From positions 77,248-141,247 of IMG/VR virus record IMGVR_UViG_3300028388_004772: a stretch of 64,000 nucleotides of DNA. One strand, 5' to 3'. The notes beneath the pieces were generated by a model that saw nothing but the letters and a program-made list of their open reading frames with translations, was not told where the DNA came from and ran no database searches. Positions 58,597 through 64,000 of the stretch are shown one piece after another; the first letter of the stretch is position 1, and each line of letters begins with the position of its first letter. Position numbers and translations under genes: made by a program. The DNA comes from a virus.

Positions 58597-59054
58597 TAAT
58601 CTTTCTCCCACGGGAACACGATCCATCTTGGATCGTCAATACGTAACGAACATGCATCCGTCTTAAATTTACTTTCTGTTTTTTCGACAAGCGAAACAAA
58701 CTTCATATGCCTAGGCTGCACATCGATAGGAGGAGAAGTACTATACTCTTCTTTGATCTGCTGCATAGTTAGTCCAGTATCATTGATATCGTCGACAAAG
58801 ACAACAGTTCTACCCGATTGTAATTCTTCATCGACTGGGCCCGAAAATGTCTTCATCCCACTATCCCGTGTAGACCATTGCATACACTCTAATGGAACAT
58901 CCAGTGCATGGGAAAGGTGTAGAGCAGGAAGCAGACCTCCACGAGCAATACCGACAATCAAGTCGGGTCTCATCTTAGAAACCTCATACTCGAGGTTCTT
59001 CATCATCGATAACGTATCATCGTACGTTAAATAAATCTTTTCTTTAAACTTCAT
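58596..59054 (-). CDS. Type I purine phosphoribosyltransferase (Gpt-like)
   Basis: IVGIARGGLLPA, VFVDDINDTGLT (PRPP motif), WIVFPWE. Confidence 0.9.
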   Translation of the reverse strand: MKFKEKIYLTYDDTLSMMKNLEYEVSKMRPDLIVGIARGGLLPALHLSHALDVPLECMQWSTRDSGMKTFSGPVDEELQSGRTVVFVDDINDTGLTMQQIKEEYSTSPPIDVQPRHMKFVSLVEKTESKFKTDACSLRIDDPRWIVFPWEKD

Positions 59055-60043
59055 TATGTTCCTATTGCATTACCAAATAGATATGTGTGCACCCTAGCTG
59101 AGACATTATATCCCCGCTCATATGCCATCTTAGCTACATCTCCCGCAACCATCTCTTGTTCTTCAACTCGTGCACCGGTGGGCATGATCCAGACAGGCCA
59201 TTTCACTCCTGCAGCTCGGAACTGAGAGATTACATCTTCTACTTCTTCCCACTGCTCTTTGTGAGGGCCGACAACAAACTTTAGCTGACCCTGAGGAATG
59301 AAATTAGTATTCGCTCCTGTGTTCCTGGCAACACGATTACTCAACTCCCAATACTGATAGACGACATCAGGTTTAATCGCTCGCTTTGGATCCTCACCTG
59401 CTACAGTCCATAGCTTCGGAGAAACAGAAAAGAACAAGTCAATATTATTGAATGTACCACGGTTTGCAAAATAGTTATAAATCTCATCCTTGAGAGGTTT
59501 TGTTCCATTCGTCTCAAATGTTATCGAAGAAGGGAGATTGCCTATCTTTGTTAGATTCTTATCTTCCCACTGAATATTGTAACCGGGTTTCATTTTTAGA
59601 TGCTGGAGAATGTTGACAATACAATCCTGTGTATTAGGCATTAACGGTTCCCCACCTGTAAAGCATAGATGAGACGTTTGACCCGATACGGGATGACGGA
59701 ACAGACCATCTGGATTAGAATCAGTTCTAATGATATCAATAATCTTATTAGCAAGTTGCTCAGGTGTTCCCGAACCCATCAAATGCTTAAACTTCTTCGC
59801 CCAAGTGTAAGATGAATCACAACCCTTTTCAAATACAGGAAGATCCTCTACTCGAGTAATATCTTTTAGATCAATCTTATCGTATGGAAGTTCCCATGAA
59901 TCTGGATTAGTAGGCTCATCCTGTCCAAATCCATTACACTGTAGATTGCACAAGAAAAATCGAATCCAGGCTGTAGGTACACCTGTGTAATGACCTTCCC
60001 CCTGAATGGAGTTGAAGATCTCACTATACAAATATTCTTTCAT
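59054..60043 (-). CDS. queE: 7-carboxy-7-deazaguanine synthase (radical SAM)
   Basis: SEIF.SIQGEG..TG.P...IR...CNLQC...CDS, FTGGEP, ETNG, SVSPKL, LKFVV, R.H..LFG. Confidence 0.93.
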   Translation of the reverse strand: MKEYLYSEIFNSIQGEGHYTGVPTAWIRFFLCNLQCNGFGQDEPTNPDSWELPYDKIDLKDITRVEDLPVFEKGCDSSYTWAKKFKHLMGSGTPEQLANKIIDIIRTDSNPDGLFRHPVSGQTSHLCFTGGEPLMPNTQDCIVNILQHLKMKPGYNIQWEDKNLTKIGNLPSSITFETNGTKPLKDEIYNYFANRGTFNNIDLFFSVSPKLWTVAGEDPKRAIKPDVVYQYWELSNRVARNTGANTNFIPQGQLKFVVGPHKEQWEEVEDVISQFRAAGVKWPVWIMPTGARVEEQEMVAGDVAKMAYERGYNVSARVHTYLFGNAIGT

Positions 60044-60069
60044 TATATCTCCTAACTGTTGGGGACATT

Positions 60070-61008
60070 TTACATGTTTTTGTAAACAAATTCAAGTGCT
60101 CTGTCCGCTTCTTTATCAAATGGTCTATTGGCATACCAATTACCTGTGTCTCGATCAAACTCCCTGCAAAGATTACTAATCTCAGCCACTGTGATGGGAT
60201 ACTCACGTTTAATAGCGTTTGCTGCAATCGATACCATAATTCTATACATTGTAATATACCACCCCGTTCCCGTGATCGCTCTGTATTCTGATTCAAGATG
60301 TTTGGGAAAGAAAGGACAGTCCCGATATGATGTCCATCGGTAGCTAGTATTCTCTAGTTTAGCTTTACGGTGTTCGATAATCTGCTTCTGCATTTCTTCT
60401 GGCAGACGATCGATAAAATTATTTGAGTCTCTTTTCTCCGAATACGGAAACTCAGACATTAACTGATCCGGGTCAATAGATTGTACGCCACCACCAGTAA
60501 AAATAAAGTTGTCAGCCCCGTGATATTGACCAGGGATATAATACATTCTTGATAGATCTTTAGTTTGGCGATCTCCAATGTCTCCGAGCTTTGATTGGAG
60601 AGCAAACCAGAATGCTTTGATGTTTTCTTTTCCAACTCTTCGTCGAAGTGGAAATACAAGCCTAAATTTTGGCGAATCGCTCCTGCTACTTGCAGTACTA
60701 TAACAAACGTAGTAATAATCACCAACCAATACATCCAGCTCACTCTTTAGATCTCCCTTAAATTCATGGTCATCAACGTCGACTGCACACCAGCCACCCC
60801 AATCGACTACGTTATTGTTGGCTCGTGTTGTATCTGGTACATAGGTTGCTGGAGATATCAACTGAGCGTCTTTCTTGCTCTTCCTCGGAACTTGCGACAA
60901 CTTATATAACAGCTGCTCAAACTCAGCGAAGGACTTAAAGTCCATTCGCTTATGAGTCTTATTGTCAAATATTTTATTGAATATTGTTAACGATATATCA
61001 GTTGTCAT
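60070..61008 (-). CDS. AEP-family primase-polymerase-like protein
   Basis: AVDVDD, YSTAS, KFRLVFPL, D...KD.SRMYY. Confidence 0.7.
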   Translation of the reverse strand: MTTDISLTIFNKIFDNKTHKRMDFKSFAEFEQLLYKLSQVPRKSKKDAQLISPATYVPDTTRANNNVVDWGGWCAVDVDDHEFKGDLKSELDVLVGDYYYVCYSTASSRSDSPKFRLVFPLRRRVGKENIKAFWFALQSKLGDIGDRQTKDLSRMYYIPGQYHGADNFIFTGGGVQSIDPDQLMSEFPYSEKRDSNNFIDRLPEEMQKQIIEHRKAKLENTSYRWTSYRDCPFFPKHLESEYRAITGTGWYITMYRIMVSIAANAIKREYPITVAEISNLCREFDRDTGNWYANRPFDKEADRALEFVYKNM

Positions 61009-61219
61009 TTTTCACAAGTTGTAGGACAGGTTCATCATCTAAAGATACAAAATCTAAGTAACTATATTGAGGAACACTATACCCGATGCCTTTCAAGAAG
61101 TCAACGTATGCTTCCAGCATCTCGTCTAACGTAGCTTCGTCCTCGAGAATATGGGTAATTGTACGAGCCTTGGTGTAATCTTTGTGAAATTCTGGGCATT
61201 CCCATTTAAGTGTGATCAT
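60998..61219 (-). CDS. Hypothetical protein
   Basis: TLDEML..Y..FLKG.GY motif. Confidence 0.6.
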   Translation of the reverse strand: MITLKWECPEFHKDYTKARTITHILEDEATLDEMLEAYVDFLKGIGYSVPQYSYLDFVSLDDEPVLQLVKNDN

Positions 61220-63756
61220 ACGAAAAAGTCCTCTAATGATGCTTCTTGTTCTGCTTTCCAGCCAATTGCGGCTAGGATAAATCGAAGGGGTTCGAGAAAT
61301 GTCTTCTCAAATTGTTTATTATAGTCTATGTATTTATCTAACCTGAGTTCCTGTGGAAGGTAGTCAGGAAATGTGATTACGTTCTCCTTAATGTAGTTGG
61401 GTAGTCTTAGGTAACAAAACTTAATCTTGTCACCATCCTGAATCAATTGATACTTCTTCTCGAGTCCCATACTCTTGATGTGATGGTTATATGTCAGAGC
61501 TCCACGAACATGGATAGGAGTTCCTTTCTGATAGATTGTCTTATTATCTATCCATCCTGTAATGTTTGATACACCTCTCGGAAACGAAATATCTTCTGGT
61601 GCTAGCGACATAAACTCAGCCTTGAAGTCGGCAATCACTTTCTGAGTTTCTTCCTCTGTCGATGATACAATTACCTTGAATAACTTCTTCAGTGCATCAC
61701 GACACACCGTTGGTGTAGATGACTTGATTGCCTCAATACCCATAATCTTCAGCTTGGGTTCAGCATACTGAACACCCTCACTGTTGTGGACATTGAGAAT
61801 GTATCGCTTCTTAGCAGTCCAGATACCACGATCAGCAATCACCTCTCGCTTCATTACCATCTTATTCTCATATGCATTCATTCGCTTTGCCAGTTCATCA
61901 TATCCTTTAGCGATCACAGGCTCAAACTTATCACGACACACACTATCAAGAAACTTTACTGGATTGTTAGGATTAAATTTGCTAACAAGTTGATCTGTCT
62001 TAATGTATAGTGAATCGGTATCGATGGCAACGATGTAGTCAGTATCAGTTGTACCAATCAGCTGGTTCATATAGCCATTGACATACTTTTCTGCCCATCG
62101 AATCGATAGACGACCAGACGATGTAATTGCATCAGCAATCCGAAGATCAAAGTATCTAAAGTGAATGTTACCCAACGCACCATAAAGACTGTTCATCAGA
62201 ATCTTACTTGCCTGCTGTGCATTGTCTAGGGTAGCAATTTCTTTCTCTAGTGCATATCTGTCGTGGGGTGTTGCATCAGCTGGGAGATTCTGTAGTCTCT
62301 GTTCAGCTTCGAGCATTCTCTGCTTCGTCTTCTTGCGGTCGGCGTAAAGTTGATCGACGACTTCAGGTAAGAAGCCACGTTTGTCTTTTCGGAAACACTG
62401 ACCAGTAGCGGCCATTGCATATTCCGTATCGTTCTGTATTGAATTGTTGAGGATTCCATCAATAGTAACTCCTGGTACGCGATGGGGTACGATAGTGTCT
62501 GGTGACATATTGTATTGCATAATCAAGTGAGGATACAGAGAGTTCAAGTCGAATGAACAAATCCAATCGTGTCGTCCAACCATTGGATCTTTGACGTGAC
62601 CGCCTCCCAGGTCAGCTTTCTCTTGTGGAGGTCCCCTGAATGGAATTGCAATCTTTTTGTCATAGAGAATACGATAGATGAATGTATCCCAGATCGATGT
62701 GGTTCCGAATGCCTGATCATAGTTGACTCCAGCTGTATATGCCATAGTCATTGCCAATGTAATCAGACCAAGCTTATCTTCCAGTCGGTCTACCAACTCA
62801 ACGTCTTTAATGTTATAGTCAATAAACTTTTGGAAGTCATGCTTATACAACGTGAACAGTGATCCGTGCTCTTCGTAGGATAACTTACGTTCACCCAGAA
62901 CAACGTGAGCAATATGATCTAATCGATACGACTCCTGAGCTCCATATGAGTATCCAAACTTCTTAAATAGATCAAGATAGTCGAGAAGCATGATGCCACG
63001 AATCTGATAGTTAGCAATCCTTTTATTATTAATTGACAATGGTCTGGATTGAATAATCTTATGTGGGGATAGTTTTTTAGCAAACGGGCCTGGATTTTCA
63101 ATCTCCTGGTGATCGATTATTTTAGTAATCCGGTTGACGAGATAAACCATATCAAATAGTTTACTATTCCAGCCAGTAACGATATCTGGTGTGTTCTGAC
63201 TATCAGACCACCAATCGAGAAACTTCATTAGTAGCTGAGCTTCACCATTACATTTCTCATACATCACAACATTATCTTTCATAATAGACTTACTCGTGTC
63301 ATAGTCATACAGACCCCACACATAGTAAATGTTGTCAATGTTGTTCTTACAGGTGATTGAGATTACTTCTTTGTCTGCCTTATCAGGATGTGGGAATCCG
63401 TCATCCGAGGCGACCTCGATATCGATTGTTGTTACGTTGACGATGTTCCGATCGAACTTGACCTCACCAGGCCAATGCTCTTGACGATACTGTGCAGCAA
63501 AGTCGTCGTTACCATATACTCGGAAGTTTTCCACTCCATCATATCTATGGATGTAGTCCATACAGTCAGAGATTGAATCGAATTCCATAGGAGTGACTGG
63601 ATTACCATCAAGGGCAGTCCAGTCTCCTTTTGGATCAGGAAGAAATAGTTTTGGTTGAAAGTTTCGGTCTACACGCGTGAAGCGCTTGCCGTTGTCGTCG
63701 TAGCCACGACAGTAGACTGTGTTACCGTGCTTGTATACTGAGGTATAGAATGACAT
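61216..63756 (-). CDS. gp43: Family B DNA polymerase, gp43-like
   Basis: Exonuclease DIE, GWN...FD, YN..D; polymerase SFDLNSLYP, KILMNSLYG, DTDS, KKRY, G.E..KSSTP. Confidence 0.97.
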   Translation of the reverse strand: MSFYTSVYKHGNTVYCRGYDDNGKRFTRVDRNFQPKLFLPDPKGDWTALDGNPVTPMEFDSISDCMDYIHRYDGVENFRVYGNDDFAAQYRQEHWPGEVKFDRNIVNVTTIDIEVASDDGFPHPDKADKEVISITCKNNIDNIYYVWGLYDYDTSKSIMKDNVVMYEKCNGEAQLLMKFLDWWSDSQNTPDIVTGWNSKLFDMVYLVNRITKIIDHQEIENPGPFAKKLSPHKIIQSRPLSINNKRIANYQIRGIMLLDYLDLFKKFGYSYGAQESYRLDHIAHVVLGERKLSYEEHGSLFTLYKHDFQKFIDYNIKDVELVDRLEDKLGLITLAMTMAYTAGVNYDQAFGTTSIWDTFIYRILYDKKIAIPFRGPPQEKADLGGGHVKDPMVGRHDWICSFDLNSLYPHLIMQYNMSPDTIVPHRVPGVTIDGILNNSIQNDTEYAMAATGQCFRKDKRGFLPEVVDQLYADRKKTKQRMLEAEQRLQNLPADATPHDRYALEKEIATLDNAQQASKILMNSLYGALGNIHFRYFDLRIADAITSSGRLSIRWAEKYVNGYMNQLIGTTDTDYIVAIDTDSLYIKTDQLVSKFNPNNPVKFLDSVCRDKFEPVIAKGYDELAKRMNAYENKMVMKREVIADRGIWTAKKRYILNVHNSEGVQYAEPKLKIMGIEAIKSSTPTVCRDALKKLFKVIVSSTEEETQKVIADFKAEFMSLAPEDISFPRGVSNITGWIDNKTIYQKGTPIHVRGALTYNHHIKSMGLEKKYQLIQDGDKIKFCYLRLPNYIKENVITFPDYLPQELRLDKYIDYNKQFEKTFLEPLRFILAAIGWKAEQEASLEDFFV

Positions 63757-63897
63757 AGTTTCTCCATAATGATTGGGCATTATACATCATTTTTTTCAGA
63801 TGGAGAACTCCTTTTGTTAAAAATTTTATCCCAGTTTTCACGATATTTGTCATTATCAACAGGTCGGGGATCACTCCCCTTCCCGCCGTGCCATTTC

Positions 63898-64000
63898 TTA
63901 GCCATAGACTACGTCGACCTTACCACGTAGATAGTCTAGTACTTTTTCTGGAGTTGATTCACCATATGGATCAGGATCATCTTCAGTTGCTTCAGGCTCT
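63898..64000 (-). CDS. C-terminus of a Prx5-type peroxiredoxin (partial)
   Basis: Manual translation EPEATEDDPDPYGESTPEKVLDYLRGKVDVVYG*; DPYG.S.P...L..L tail. Confidence 0.5.
   Translation of the reverse strand, partial: EPEATEDDPDPYGESTPEKVLDYLRGKVDVVYG

Noticed and set aside
54795-60043. Queuosine tRNA-modification pathway as a simple auxiliary metabolic cluster
   Set aside because: No queC, queF, queA or canonical Zn-binding TGT in the window; DpdL-like and DpdA-like genes plus the replication context favour DNA modification. A queC outside the window is not excluded.
61216-63756. Intein or intron in gp43, nrdA, nrdB or gp41
   Set aside because: All are contiguous and of normal length, with no splicing motifs.
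1-64000. Stop-codon reassignment
   Set aside because: Core genes translate full-length under code 11, and neither tRNA is a suppressor.

Overview
This window is a gene-dense, mostly minus-strand segment of a large T4-like (myovirus) phage genome, probably marine. The likely host is alphaproteobacterial, inferred from an alphaproteobacterial-type permuted tmRNA. In window order it contains: gp32/gp33; a structured RNA plus tRNA-Cys and tRNA-Arg; early-promoter cassettes; a ~10 kb glycan cluster that includes UDP-sulfoquinovose synthase; two paralogous fibre-like proteins; nucleotide and DNA metabolism genes (nucleotidase, exonuclease, RNase H, class Ia RNR fused to glutaredoxin); spanins; a block of proteins with T4 capsid-targeting-like N-termini; the two-piece tmRNA; a counter-oriented late operon of secreted and membrane proteins; ThyX, gp41 and UvsX; a QueC-less 7-deazaguanine cluster; a prim-pol; and gp43. 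The strongest candidate for an undescribed system is the deazaguanine locus (QueE, PRTase, QueD, FolE, a GIY-YIG nuclease, DpdL-like, DpdA-like, a DUF3310 kinase-like gene and a dUTPase-like gene). It looks like a pre-replicative route to 7-deazaguanine DNA, and it carries a riboswitch-like pseudoknot that sequesters the folE Shine-Dalgarno. All calls come from motif recognition by eye; no searches were run.
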